From Nitrosopumilus sp. (GTDB lineage Archaea > Thermoproteota > Nitrososphaeria > Nitrososphaerales > Nitrosopumilaceae), in contig OZ244650.1 in assembly GCA_965218785.1 (NCBI GenBank), positions 960,001 through 1,024,000 on the forward strand: a DNA stretch of 64,000 bases, in the 5' to 3' direction. How positions within the stretch are numbered: the first letter of the stretch is position 1; every line of letters begins with the position of its first letter. Position numbers and translations under genes: made by a program. Under the pieces are notes generated by a model. The model made no database searches. It saw nothing but the letters and a program-made list of their open reading frames with translations, and was not told where the DNA came from. This document shows, one piece after another, positions 40,269 to 50,330 of the stretch.

Positions 40269-40643
40269 GTGTTGGTATGGGCGGAATCGTTTACCGCAGT
40301 TGAAAGTTTTTATACCTTTTTTTTTATGAAAGATATGAGACGTGTATCCTATCTCTTACCAATAGGAATATCCGTTTTTGGATTTATACTATTAAATTCG
40401 CATCATGGTGTCTCTAATCTGGGTTTATCTAATCCGCCAATATGGGATCTTTATCCGATCGTATATGCCAGTATGTTTGCAATAGCCGCAATGACTGCAT
40501 CATTATATTTTTATTATTCTAATAAAGACAGGAAAATCATCCTAGTTTCATTCCCATTTATTTTGGCTCCCATAATTTTAAGACTGTATTTTATGATTGT
40601 GATTTGGAGTCACTATCCTACCACCGTCTTTAAGTTTCTCTAG
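40269..40643 (+). CDS. Small AT-rich membrane protein (about 3 TM)
   Basis: Hydrophobic ORF. True start is probably one of the internal ATGs. Confidence 0.55.
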   Translation: MLVWAESFTAVESFYTFFFMKDMRRVSYLLPIGISVFGFILLNSHHGVSNLGLSNPPIWDLYPIVYASMFAIAAMTASLYFYYSNKDRKIILVSFPFILAPIILRLYFMIVIWSHYPTTVFKFL

Positions 40644-40787
40644 CGATTATCTGATATATTTAATATTGTAATAATCAATACTCACAAGCAAAAATCCTAA
40701 TTTTGTATATTTCTGGCAGAATCCAGTAGGTTGGGATGAGGACTGTTTGCCATTAATTGGAACTTTCTTCACGGTAAAATAGTAAAA

Positions 40788-41484
40788 TTACCTATGATAG
40801 TCAGCTATCTTTATTGCCTGTTCATCTGAGATAAAGCCCCGAATACTAATCTGGGTATCCTTGGTAACCATATCTAAGCTCAGATAACGATCAACGGTTT
40901 CACCAAAATATTCAACCTGACCCACTGATTAAATTGCCGCATCGTACTGTTCATTTATTTTTACAACTCTGAATCCCTGGTTTGGATTTGCAGTAAAGGC
41001 ATCAGTTGGAATTCCTTGTTCTTCTAATGAATAAAGCGAGATCCAAATTCCCTGATCCTTATACTTGAATTGATAGTGTGTAGTTTCTTTTGTAATTTCA
41101 TTTGGGGATCAGTATTACCGTTCTAGAGTTCTCATCATTTGACAGAATCTTTACATTCATTCCGGGAGCGTTAACGTCTTTTGCAATATTTTCATATTTT
41201 GCAAATACTTTGTTTGGCTGTGAATCATTACTTGTAGGTATTTCACCTGGAGGCAAATCACCTGAACTTATTTTGTTTGGAGTGCTTGCATTAATTTCCT
41301 GCAGCTGTGTAATTTCATATACAGTTGTTGGCGGTCCCAGGGAACCGGGATTTTTTTCTGCAGTATCCGTATCAGGTATAGTTAGCATTACTACTACAAT
41401 CATGATTGCAGCCAGTCCTAGCAAACTAGAACTGCTATTTTTTTCAGCATGCTGTTCTCCTGCCTCATTTATGTGATATATCAT
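40788..41484 (-). pseudogene. Frameshifted secreted/membrane-anchored protein
   Basis: After the ORF stop at 41098 a shifted frame continues NEITKETTHYQFKYKDQGIWISLY...DAAI*SVGQVEYFGE...ISIRGFISDEQAIKIADYHR* to 40788. Confidence 0.6.
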
Positions 41485-41540
41485 TTATGGCCTAACCCTA
41501 AAGAGACACTGTTTTTATAAGAAACACGTTATCGAAAAAC

Positions 41541-41888
41541 ATGCAGTATTTTCGGGCCCTGAAACTAGGGCAAAAAAGAGTCGCAGAGGCCAGGGAATAT
41601 CTCAACAAACTCACCGATGGAAAGGCAATGCCTGCACTGGCACTGACTGATAACAAGTCAGACGTATGGGAGCCTGTAGGGGAGGAGAATCTTTATGCGT
41701 TTGTCGATGAATCGGCGGGTTTTGTGCTGACTGACAATAGCGGGTACATCCTTGCACTAGTTGACAAGACTGGTTCGTCAAAAACAATAGTCCAGGGGGT
41801 GACCCAGCAGCAAAAAGAAAACCTGGAAAAGGCATTTGAGGCTGACAGCATTAAAAAATTCGTGGGCAAGGTCATACTTCCAGTCTGA
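41541..41888 (+). CDS. Conserved hypothetical protein
   Basis: 115 aa, TTTTATAA box about 25 bp upstream, host-like composition. Confidence 0.8.
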   Translation: MQYFRALKLGQKRVAEAREYLNKLTDGKAMPALALTDNKSDVWEPVGEENLYAFVDESAGFVLTDNSGYILALVDKTGSSKTIVQGVTQQQKENLEKAFEADSIKKFVGKVILPV

Positions 41889-41942
41889 CTCAGCCTTGAG
41901 AAAACGTAAAGCTTTAGTTATCATGGTGTGGAGAATAATAAA

Positions 41943-43169
41943 ATGACCAAATATTCCCAGGAGATCGAAGTCAGCGGCCACCTGATTGATTCGCTGATTC
42001 TTACCAAGATCTTTGATAAAATCATGGATCTAAAAGGCGAGTTTCACGTGCAGGAAATTGATATTGGTAAAAAAAAGAAAGACCAGTCCTATGTAAGACT
42101 GCGTGTCCAGGGAAGGAATCAGAAACACCTTGATGAAATTCTCGAGACCGTTTACCGGGAGGGCGCAGTTTCAAAGATCCAAAAGGAGATCAGACTGAAA
42201 AAATCCGTAAAAAACTTTGTAATGCCGGATAATTTTTACAGTACTACTAACAACCATACGCAGGTTTTTCACAAAGGCAGATGGATTCAGGTGGAAAACA
42301 TGATGATGGACAAATGTATTGTGGTAAGGGGGCACAAGGCATTTTGCGTACCGGTACGGGACGTGAAGAAGGGGGATCCGATAATAGTGGGGGAGCATGG
42401 AATCAAGATCACACCTCCAGAACGCCCACGTGAGGGGGTCAACGTATTTGAGTTTATGGGAAGTTCAAGCTCCAGTGAAAGACCTACTATGCACATTGCA
42501 AAAAAGGTCGCAGAAGACATTCACAATACGAAAAAGAACGGCGGGAGAATCGTCCTTGTCGGGGGCCCGGCAATAGTACACACGGGTGCAGACGATGCGG
42601 TATCTGAGTTAATCAGAGCCGGATACATTGATGCGGTGCTTGCAGGCAACGCCCTCGCAGTTCACGATATAGAATATGCCACACTTGGTACCTCGCTGGG
42701 AATGAACGTGCATGATGCGACACTGGCATATCACGGACATCGGAATCACATGGATACCATCAACGCCGTATTCAAGGCAGGATCCATTGCAGACATGGTA
42801 AAGACCAAAAAACTAACAAAGGGAATAATGTATGAATGCGTTAAAAACAGGGTTCCATTTGTCCTGGCCGGCTCAATCCGCGATGACGGGCCACTGCCTG
42901 ATGTCATTACAGATGTATCCCAAGCTCAGCGTGAGTACAAAAAGATGTTAAAGGACGCAAAAATGGTGATCATGATCTCAACTATGCTTCATTCGATTGC
43001 AACAGGAAACATGCTTCCAGCAAACGTCAAGGTGATTGTTGTGGATATCAACCCTACAACAGTTACAAAACTCATGGACCGTGGAACCTGGCAGGCGCTG
43101 GGAATCGTATCTGATGTGGGTGCGTTTTTACCAATGGTGGCACACGAGATTAAAAAAAGAAGATTGTAA
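41943..43169 (+). CDS. TIGR00300-family (LOR/SDH-type) ornithine cyclodeaminase-like protein
   Basis: GHLIDS, PDNFYSTTN, FEFMGSSSSSER, GNALAVHDIE, LAGSIRDDGPLP. Confidence 0.92.
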   Translation: MTKYSQEIEVSGHLIDSLILTKIFDKIMDLKGEFHVQEIDIGKKKKDQSYVRLRVQGRNQKHLDEILETVYREGAVSKIQKEIRLKKSVKNFVMPDNFYSTTNNHTQVFHKGRWIQVENMMMDKCIVVRGHKAFCVPVRDVKKGDPIIVGEHGIKITPPERPREGVNVFEFMGSSSSSERPTMHIAKKVAEDIHNTKKNGGRIVLVGGPAIVHTGADDAVSELIRAGYIDAVLAGNALAVHDIEYATLGTSLGMNVHDATLAYHGHRNHMDTINAVFKAGSIADMVKTKKLTKGIMYECVKNRVPFVLAGSIRDDGPLPDVITDVSQAQREYKKMLKDAKMVIMISTMLHSIATGNMLPANVKVIVVDINPTTVTKLMDRGTWQALGIVSDVGAFLPMVAHEIKKRRL

Positions 43170-43351
43170 GACGCTAGATTTGCGGTTTTCTATCATGTGC
43201 AGGTGGAAAGACAGAGTGAGAATATTACATTGTTCAGCCAATCAGTCCAAACGAATCTAATTCACACTTGGGCATCATATTACGTGTCTGCAGATTCCCT
43301 GAGAGGATCATCGGACTAAATCTTTATATAATAATATTTTATTATGATAAT

Positions 43352-43507
43352 ATGAGCGATTTTAACCGCGTTACGATAATGCTGGATAAAAATCTGGAAA
43401 GGACGCTGCGAAACCTACAGTCAAAATTGATCAAAGATACTCAAAAAAACGTTAGTTTTTCCAAAGTAATCAATGAATCACTAAAAAAACACTTTAAGAT
43501 AAAATAG
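43352..43507 (+). CDS. Small ribbon-helix-helix-like protein
   Basis: MSDFNRVTIMLDKNLERTLRNLQ...SFSKVINESL. TTTATATA at 43323 supports the ATG at 43352. Confidence 0.7.
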   Translation: MSDFNRVTIMLDKNLERTLRNLQSKLIKDTQKNVSFSKVINESLKKHFKIK

Positions 43508-43559
43508 TTTTTTCAGACATATGTTTTGCTGGGATGGTAGTTACTGTCTGCAGTTGGTT

Positions 43560-43793
43560 CTCATGGTAGACTTGAGTTCATGTATGATCTGATCCTCGTC
43601 AATTTTTTTTATGATGGTAACCTTACTTTTAGATCGATATGATCTGAAAAATTTGCCCATGTGTTAGTTACTTTGGAGTTGAGTCAATCACACATAAACT
43701 CTTTTGACTGTCTTACAATATATTGATGAATCACACACAGTATGATATGACGTCCATCCTGCTGTTGTTCAAGCATTAGAATCTGAGTGGTAA
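43560..43793 (+). pseudogene. C-terminal relic of an ATPase gene partnered with the downstream TPR gene; left boundary approximate
   Basis: 43707-43793 reads TVLQYIDESHTV*YDVHPAVVQALESEW*, an L-(E/Q)-Y...W-Y-D-V-H-P motif with TGG changed to TGA. It ends 1 bp before the next ATG. Confidence 0.6.
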
Positions 43794-43794
43794 A

Positions 43795-45051
43795 ATGTCT
43801 GTGTTTAAATTTAAAAATTTTGAAGTGAGTTCTTCAAATAAAATTGACGAATTAATATTATTATTAAAAATAGCAAAACATGGATATGCAATTTGTACAT
43901 ACAGTGATCCAAAAACTTACAATTACTGGCTTGATTATCTAAAAACACAGAGTAAAAATACCCAGATTTTCATTAAAGAAAAAAAATATCAGGGACATGA
44001 AGAGGATCTAATCCAATACCTTGAAAATGAAACATCTAGTTTTTATGAAAAGGTTAAAGACAGTCTACAAAAATTTTCTTCTGACTATGAAAATTTAGCA
44101 TTTTCAATAAGTGGACTGGAAATAAAATACGAGATTAATGATATTGGAAGATTAAACATCCTGAGGGATTTTTTTCTTACGTTCAAGCATTTTGTTGTAT
44201 TGTGGATTCCAGATAATTATTTGAAAGAGATTGCTTTGAAAACCCCTGATTTGTGGAGAATACGAACCAAAGTTTTTCAATTTGATAAATCCGACAGAAA
44301 CATTGCATTAGGAATGAAATCTTTAGAAGATGATTCTAGTCTGTCACTTGAATATTTTACAAAGGCAACTGAAAATAATATGAAAAATTCCCAATCTTGG
44401 AATAACAAGGGAATTTGCCTGATGAAATTGAATCGATTTGAAGAATCCCTTGTTTGTTTTGATCAGGCAATGAAACTTGCCCCTTATTCAGTTCAGTTTT
44501 TGAATAATTATGGAGTAAATCTGTGTTTGTTGAAACAACACAAACAATCAATTCCATATTTCAAAAAAGGAATTGAAATTGATGGAAAAGATCCACGAAT
44601 TTTAATCAATTATGGACGGGCATTAATAAAATTACATTCTTTTAGAGATGCCACATCGTGTTTCAATAGAATTTTAAAAATTGATTCTGAAAATCATATT
44701 GCCAAAATTTGTTTAAGTGATATTTATCTAAAAACGGGAAAATGGAAAAAAGCTCTTGAATGTCTTAAACCATTAATAACAACACATCCATTGGAAATCA
44801 ATACCCTGATCAATATTGGAATTGCAGAAACAAAATTGAAAAACTATGATTCGGCAATTGCCTATTTTGATAAAGTGTTATCCTTGGATCCACAAAATAT
44901 AGAAGCTGTTGTTAATCGAGGAATCTTATATTCGAAAATGAATAAACGAGATGATGCACTTGCGTGTTTCAATCGAGTTCTTGAAATGGATGAAACCCAT
45001 ATTGAGGCAAATCAAGAAAGAAAGAAAATTGTAAAAAAACATATTGTATAG
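43795..45051 (+). CDS. TPR-repeat protein with N-terminal inactive NTPase-like domain
   Basis: LNILRD...VVLWIP...PDLW N-terminal motif followed by about 6 TPRs (WNNKG..L..L.RFEE..CFD.A). Visibly AT-rich. Confidence 0.88.
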   Translation: MSVFKFKNFEVSSSNKIDELILLLKIAKHGYAICTYSDPKTYNYWLDYLKTQSKNTQIFIKEKKYQGHEEDLIQYLENETSSFYEKVKDSLQKFSSDYENLAFSISGLEIKYEINDIGRLNILRDFFLTFKHFVVLWIPDNYLKEIALKTPDLWRIRTKVFQFDKSDRNIALGMKSLEDDSSLSLEYFTKATENNMKNSQSWNNKGICLMKLNRFEESLVCFDQAMKLAPYSVQFLNNYGVNLCLLKQHKQSIPYFKKGIEIDGKDPRILINYGRALIKLHSFRDATSCFNRILKIDSENHIAKICLSDIYLKTGKWKKALECLKPLITTHPLEINTLINIGIAETKLKNYDSAIAYFDKVLSLDPQNIEAVVNRGILYSKMNKRDDALACFNRVLEMDETHIEANQERKKIVKKHIV

Positions 45052-45263
45052 AATATAATGACACGCAAAAATTTGAGATGATTTTATCAAGAACATAATC
45101 GGTCTTTCTTGGTAACGATCTTTTGAATGAAATCAGTTGCCATCTGCAGTTAAATCATCTGAATAAATGAAAAACATGCAACACACGCTGCTTTAGGATA
45201 ATCAACCAAAGTGTTTATTTTTTAATACGCAAAATTCATAAAATAATATCTCCATCCTGATTT

Positions 45264-46316
45264 ATGAACAGACCATCAAAGTTTATTGTAGTTGTTCTTA
45301 TTTTGTCCTTGATTGGAAGCGTCTTGGAGATTTGGGGCGGAAGTTGGGATATTACCAGTCATTTGCTTGGTGCGCCAGAGTCGTTTTTCACACCACCACA
45401 CGCAATACTGTATTCCGGTGTCAGTATTAGCCTGATTGCGGCAGTTTTTGCAGGTGTTCTCCTGCTTGGAAATAAAAAGTTGCACAACATATCATCATCA
45501 ATATCCTTTGGTTTGAAATTGATCCTGATTGGCAGTATAATTCAAATTTTTGCAGGACCCAGCGACTATGTATGGCACGAGGCGTTTGGAGTAGACGGAC
45601 TGCTTAGTCCCACACATCTCACCTTGATTACAGGAATACTGATACAGTCAGTCGGAATTGTGCTTGGACTGACCAGGTTAATCCGATATGACTTTAAAAT
45701 TGTAAAGCCTGCAACAGTGGTTTCATTTTCAGCATTATGGTTTGTCATTATCGCGTATATTTTTCAATTCACCCTGCCAATATCCAAAGGAGAGACGATA
45801 AACCTCAATCCCGACCCATACATTGCAGGAGTGATTCTTTTAGTCACCATGCCGTTTTTTAGTGCTTTAATTTTCTGGGGTGCTGCAAAGTCCATGAAAA
45901 CGTTTGGATGGGCAAGTGCCGTTGTGGCATTGTTGATATTTTTCAACATCACCGCAAATTTGATTCCTGCAGAGGCATTGTTTGGATATCTGCCATGGTA
46001 TGTTATTCCAATGATTGCCGCAGTGATTGCAGACGGACTCGTCACCAAAAAAATCAGGGTAAAAAAGTTTGGGGAAACAATGTCGGGAATTCTAATCGGC
46101 TCGGTATTTTTGATGTATGGTATGCCGCTAGTTGGAATGGCCTTCATACAGTTTTACGTGTTCCATGGGGTGTCAGGATACTCGTTGCTTCCAGAATTTG
46201 CCGGAACTTTGGCAGTGATTCTGGGAATCCTGAGCATTCCTGGAGGAATCATTGGAGCAGTTGCAGTAAAAGTTGCAAAAAGGAAAATTTCAATTCCAGT
46301 AGAAACTGACATTTAG
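45264..46316 (+). CDS. Polytopic membrane protein with two D-x3-H-x12-H motifs (putative metal binding)
   Basis: About 9-10 TM segments. Motifs DITSHLLGAPESFFTPPH and DYVWHEAFGVDGLLSPTH. Confidence 0.85.
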   Translation: MNRPSKFIVVVLILSLIGSVLEIWGGSWDITSHLLGAPESFFTPPHAILYSGVSISLIAAVFAGVLLLGNKKLHNISSSISFGLKLILIGSIIQIFAGPSDYVWHEAFGVDGLLSPTHLTLITGILIQSVGIVLGLTRLIRYDFKIVKPATVVSFSALWFVIIAYIFQFTLPISKGETINLNPDPYIAGVILLVTMPFFSALIFWGAAKSMKTFGWASAVVALLIFFNITANLIPAEALFGYLPWYVIPMIAAVIADGLVTKKIRVKKFGETMSGILIGSVFLMYGMPLVGMAFIQFYVFHGVSGYSLLPEFAGTLAVILGILSIPGGIIGAVAVKVAKRKISIPVETDI

Positions 46317-46545
46317 ATTCAAGAAAAACAGACGGATTCTGATTTTAAATAACAGCACATACCGGATGATAAAAAAATTCACCGGATTGGGATGAATATT
46401 ACAAAATCATTTTTTGTTGCACTAGTTTGTTATGGTAATTTTATCTGCCAAGCGTTGTTTTACTTTGTGATTTATCTCCATTATACATCCATGATTTGGC
46501 AAAAAAAGCTCGGGATTTGGATAAGCAAACGGGTCATACTGAAAA

Positions 46546-47211
46546 TTATTTTAAATTATTCAGATAATACTGCTCAACTCGTTTCATCATTGGTTCCAAA
46601 TAATCACCACACGGTTTGATAAACTCCTGTCTGGTGTTTTTTTCACTACTAACTAGAATTACCAGCTGGTTGATTTTCTGACCGGTTGCCTCTTCAAACA
46701 TATGTGCATAACAGGTAGTTTGCAGATAATACTCGTACATGTATTCATCAAATTGTGGCTTGCGCTTTGTCTTGTAATCTATGATGGATAGTTCCCCCTC
46801 ATACTCTGCAATCAAGTCGCTAGTTCCTGCAACCTGCAGATTCTCAGAATGCATTCTCTGTTCAATGCCGACGACATTTGAGATATTCTCAAGAAACGGC
46901 TTTAAATTGTTAAAATGTGCGATAGGCAGCAGGTCAAATTCCTCCAAGGACAGATTATTACACAGGTAACCCTCTATGATTTTGTGGGACTGTGTGCCGA
47001 TATCCTGGGCCTGTTTTGTAATGTATCTGTGGGCAGGTTCGTTTTCCTTCCATGACTGTAACCCATTTTTCTTCTCGTCTGATGCGGTTGCAGACAGTAT
47101 CGTACTAATTGACGGAAAAGTCCCGCCGGATTTGGTCTTATACCAGTGTTCATCGTCCCTATCCAAAAGAGCCGGTTCCCGTGCCTTGAGCATTTGTGTA
47201 AAATCCGTCAT
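46546..47211 (-). CDS. PD-(D/E)XK exonuclease (phage exonuclease/MGME1-like)
   Basis: PSISTIL, GTQSH, GTSDLI...IIDYKT, YYLQTTCYA. Confidence 0.9.
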   Translation of the reverse strand: MTDFTQMLKAREPALLDRDDEHWYKTKSGGTFPSISTILSATASDEKKNGLQSWKENEPAHRYITKQAQDIGTQSHKIIEGYLCNNLSLEEFDLLPIAHFNNLKPFLENISNVVGIEQRMHSENLQVAGTSDLIAEYEGELSIIDYKTKRKPQFDEYMYEYYLQTTCYAHMFEEATGQKINQLVILVSSEKNTRQEFIKPCGDYLEPMMKRVEQYYLNNLK

Positions 47212-47793
47212 AAGGAATTTTTAACACGGGAGTTATTGAATGATTTGGATTTCAATTTGACATTTTTTTTAAAAACCCCTCAAATCCGGATCCTGTTTTT
47301 ATAAATCGAATCATTACAATTTTTCCTTATTACAAAAGATTCCATAGAATCAGCGGTGATGTGATTGTCTCACTGAATACGGTATGACGGATTAATAATT
47401 TTTAGGCTCCTTCGTCAGGCTCGTTTGCTTTGTCTCTCACTTTTTTTACGACACAGAATCTGCTCAATGTTTTTTTCCATCCCATAACTTGTTTGTATAA
47501 AACCCGGTCTTAAGTGTATTTGAAACAGGATTACTGCCTGATTAGTCCTAGATGGGGTATTGTCTTTTGATTCTGACGTATTTTGATGATCAGATCGCCG
47601 TTTTGTAACAAACCTTGCTGTACATAAAACACGTGTGCTGACATTCCTGTCTTTATTTTTGATCTTTCTTTGCACACGATATTCCGGCAGGGTTGATCTC
47701 TTGTTTTAGGATGGAATGATATGATGATCCTTGTAGTTTTTGGTTTGTAAAATTGATCTCAAAAACACCTGGCGTGTCCCTAGTTCCCATCAT

Positions 47794-49365
47794 CTATCTG
47801 CTAATACTGCTTAACAGCCCCAGGATCTTTTGCAGCTGTGATTTTAAATCGATTATTATATTCCTCAACTCTCTGTTCTCATCCCTTAACTTTTCCATTT
47901 CCAACTCTACTCCTGTCTTTTCATAGATCGTCCTATCCTGTAGTAACTGTGATGCCCCTGGTTCGGGCTCTGGGAAATCCACATCTGGTTTCTGTGTCGT
48001 ATCCACCTCTGTCTCTACCACCGTCTCTGTCTCTACCTCGACCTCTGCCACTGCCCGCGTTTCTATTACTACATCTGGCTCACCGACTACCGCAATTCCA
48101 AACTCTGCATCCTGACCGCCATTTCTAATATTCTCAAATCTTATCAACGTGGGACCAGTCTGTTCTTCTGTAAACGTGAAATTCTCAAAACCCCCGCCAA
48201 CCTGCGTCGTACCTGATACCCTGTGGCTCTCCTCTCCGTTTTGGATAATGACAAACGCATAGTTGGAATTTTTCAACGGTTCACCTGTGACTCCATTCCT
48301 TATACTAAAGATAAAATCAGTAACAATGCCCGGCTCTATCTCGATGGGATTCCATGAAAGAACCACTTGATAATCCCCGCCTTTTGTATATGCTGTTAAC
48401 GGAAGACCCGTCTTTCCACTTGCAGATAGCGTAAACACGATATTGTCTGGTATCGGATCACCTGATCCTGTAATCTCATTTTTCAAATGTCGAAGATGAT
48501 CTTGGGACAAAATAAGGTGAATTATTCTTTTATCCTCCTCTGTGTGATCATCAACAATTATCGAAGAACCAGACAACTCGATTCCGTTTGCATGCCCGAT
48601 ATATCTAGGCGATGACGAGCCGACAAAATCCTCTGTAAGGTAAACCTCCACACGGACGGTGGGAATATGCGATAGATGTTCCTCACTCCAGTCAAAGGGC
48701 ATCTCCAATATGATTTGTCTGGTTCCAGAGTTATACACAAAACCTGATATTTTATCAAAATATGACTTTGTAATAAATTTCACGTCGTTGTTTTCTGCAT
48801 CCTTTTGGATGTGGAGACTCGTCTCTATTACGCTCAAATTAACATTATGCGTCCCGGAATTCTCTACGATGTTAGTTGGTTTGTCTATGGTTATAACCTC
48901 TATCTCAAAGGTGTACAACCCGCCCGTGGTAAGATTCTGACTGGCAATCTCAAGCGGATTTGATTCTGTTCCATACCATGCACCAAACCGTGAATCCTGT
49001 ACCCCCTTAATCATGAAATCATTTGATTTCTGGAATGGCAGTATCTGAATGGACGACACGCCGTCATCTGCAAAGAAATGATTCCTGAAAACCATCTCAC
49101 CGTTGTGGAACAGCCCGATTAGAAACGTGATATTTTTTACATTTTTCTGGGTTTCATCTTCAACTGCGGTAACTGTGATGTAGCCATGATTGTCTTCAAA
49201 ATATAACGGCATCTCAACTGAGATTGAGATGTCCTTTCCCTGGATATCGATTGCCGAGATGGTCTCTGCCTCCAACCCGTGACCATGAACAGTACCTGCC
49301 GGAAACAACAACAGCGTACCGATGACTAGTGCGGATAATACTCCGAGTTTTGTTAGTATGGACAT
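47794..49365 (-). CDS. Secreted thaumarchaeal protein with acidic linker and C-terminal coiled coil
   Basis: Signal peptide then HGL-starting beta-rich domains typical of thaumarchaeal surface proteins. Ends LEMEKLRDENRELRNIIIDLKSQLQKI. Confidence 0.85.
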   Translation of the reverse strand: MSILTKLGVLSALVIGTLLLFPAGTVHGHGLEAETISAIDIQGKDISISVEMPLYFEDNHGYITVTAVEDETQKNVKNITFLIGLFHNGEMVFRNHFFADDGVSSIQILPFQKSNDFMIKGVQDSRFGAWYGTESNPLEIASQNLTTGGLYTFEIEVITIDKPTNIVENSGTHNVNLSVIETSLHIQKDAENNDVKFITKSYFDKISGFVYNSGTRQIILEMPFDWSEEHLSHIPTVRVEVYLTEDFVGSSSPRYIGHANGIELSGSSIIVDDHTEEDKRIIHLILSQDHLRHLKNEITGSGDPIPDNIVFTLSASGKTGLPLTAYTKGGDYQVVLSWNPIEIEPGIVTDFIFSIRNGVTGEPLKNSNYAFVIIQNGEESHRVSGTTQVGGGFENFTFTEEQTGPTLIRFENIRNGGQDAEFGIAVVGEPDVVIETRAVAEVEVETETVVETEVDTTQKPDVDFPEPEPGASQLLQDRTIYEKTGVELEMEKLRDENRELRNIIIDLKSQLQKILGLLSSISR

Positions 49366-49369
49366 TTTT

Positions 49370-49678
49370 TCATCTCATCTCCTGTTGTTTTACCGTAAAT
49401 AATTTTCTAATGTTCTGAATTAAACCTTTCATCAATCCACCACTCTTGAAACCTTTTAAAAATAAACATATGTTACATCTGCCTGACAACTGGCCATGAT
49501 ATGACTCGTCTGTCATCAGACTGTCCTTTGGATACCTGTCTGTTAAATGCATCGATAAATCACTCTGTCTCATCTCTCTCTGAATCAGTACAATCCCCTT
49601 GTTTTTAAATTCAACCATCCCGTATTGGTACATATCCTCTTTAATGTTATTTACCCCCTGTTTTCTCTTTTTACTCAT
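49370..49678 (-). CDS. Hypothetical protein
   Basis: 102-aa ORF ending 4 bp before the next start. TTTAAATA box on the minus strand upstream. Confidence 0.4.
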   Translation of the reverse strand: MSKKRKQGVNNIKEDMYQYGMVEFKNKGIVLIQREMRQSDLSMHLTDRYPKDSLMTDESYHGQLSGRCNICLFLKGFKSGGLMKGLIQNIRKLFTVKQQEMR

Positions 49679-50148
49679 TTTATCTTCATCTATTGGTATG
49701 ACCTCAAATTATTTAAAATATGATACTTGTCCCGGAGATCATTGAAAACCATGCTTATTTTGCATCCGGGATATCAATGTCGGTCTAGTCAGGCAAACTG
49801 CTTGAAATCAGCATTTCCATCTTTTATTCTTTGGATGCTGAGGAGATCAGATTCATGGTTCTTCCTATGATTGAATCGGTCTAAAATCTGACGTCTTTAT
49901 CCTCCAAGATATCGGCGTATCTGGCCAGTATCTGAAATTATAATTCGAATTCTTGGCGGCACTTTTCACATTTGCCCCTCTCTTTTCCAGGTGGACCAAG
50001 AAGGAACACCTTGCCAATGGTTCTACATTCCGGACATAATCCCGTAGTCGCATTTTTCGGACCGGTTCGGATGATTTTCTGAGTTTTTCTTCGTCCCATT
50101 GCATAAACCTATCAAATCGGTCTATTAAGTTTTAATGGTGCGCAGGAG

Positions 50149-50330
50149 GTAAAGGGCCAAGTCGACCCTGTATCTCAAGCAGTTTTTCTGTCGTATTTAG
50201 CCCCCTTTTGCGCCATGTCAGAATACAACTATCAGCATCCCAAACATCTTCATTCCACCCGGCAGTCATCAGACCGTTGCGCACCTTTCTTGCAATTACC
50301 TGCCGTATAATTTAATCTCCGGTCGTTAAA
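50149..50330 (-). mobile_element. IS66-family transposase C-terminus and right end (relic)
   Basis: Minus strand reads RQVIARKVRNGLMTAG...SCILTWRKRGLNTTEKLLE, like the TnpC C-terminus. The element ends in GTAA at 50149. Confidence 0.75.

Noticed and set aside
47400-47700. Possible IS5-type transposase relic (GWKK...FCVVKK fragments on the minus strand)
   Set aside because: The motifs are too short and scattered to call without a search.
49865-50104. 79-aa ORF next to the IS66 end
   Set aside because: No recognisable motif. Probably a fragment or spurious.
50136-50149. TGGTGCGCAGGAGG as an att-site duplicate of the tRNA-Ser 3' end
   Set aside because: Too short, with several mismatches to TGGCGCGGGGAGGG, and no integrase present.
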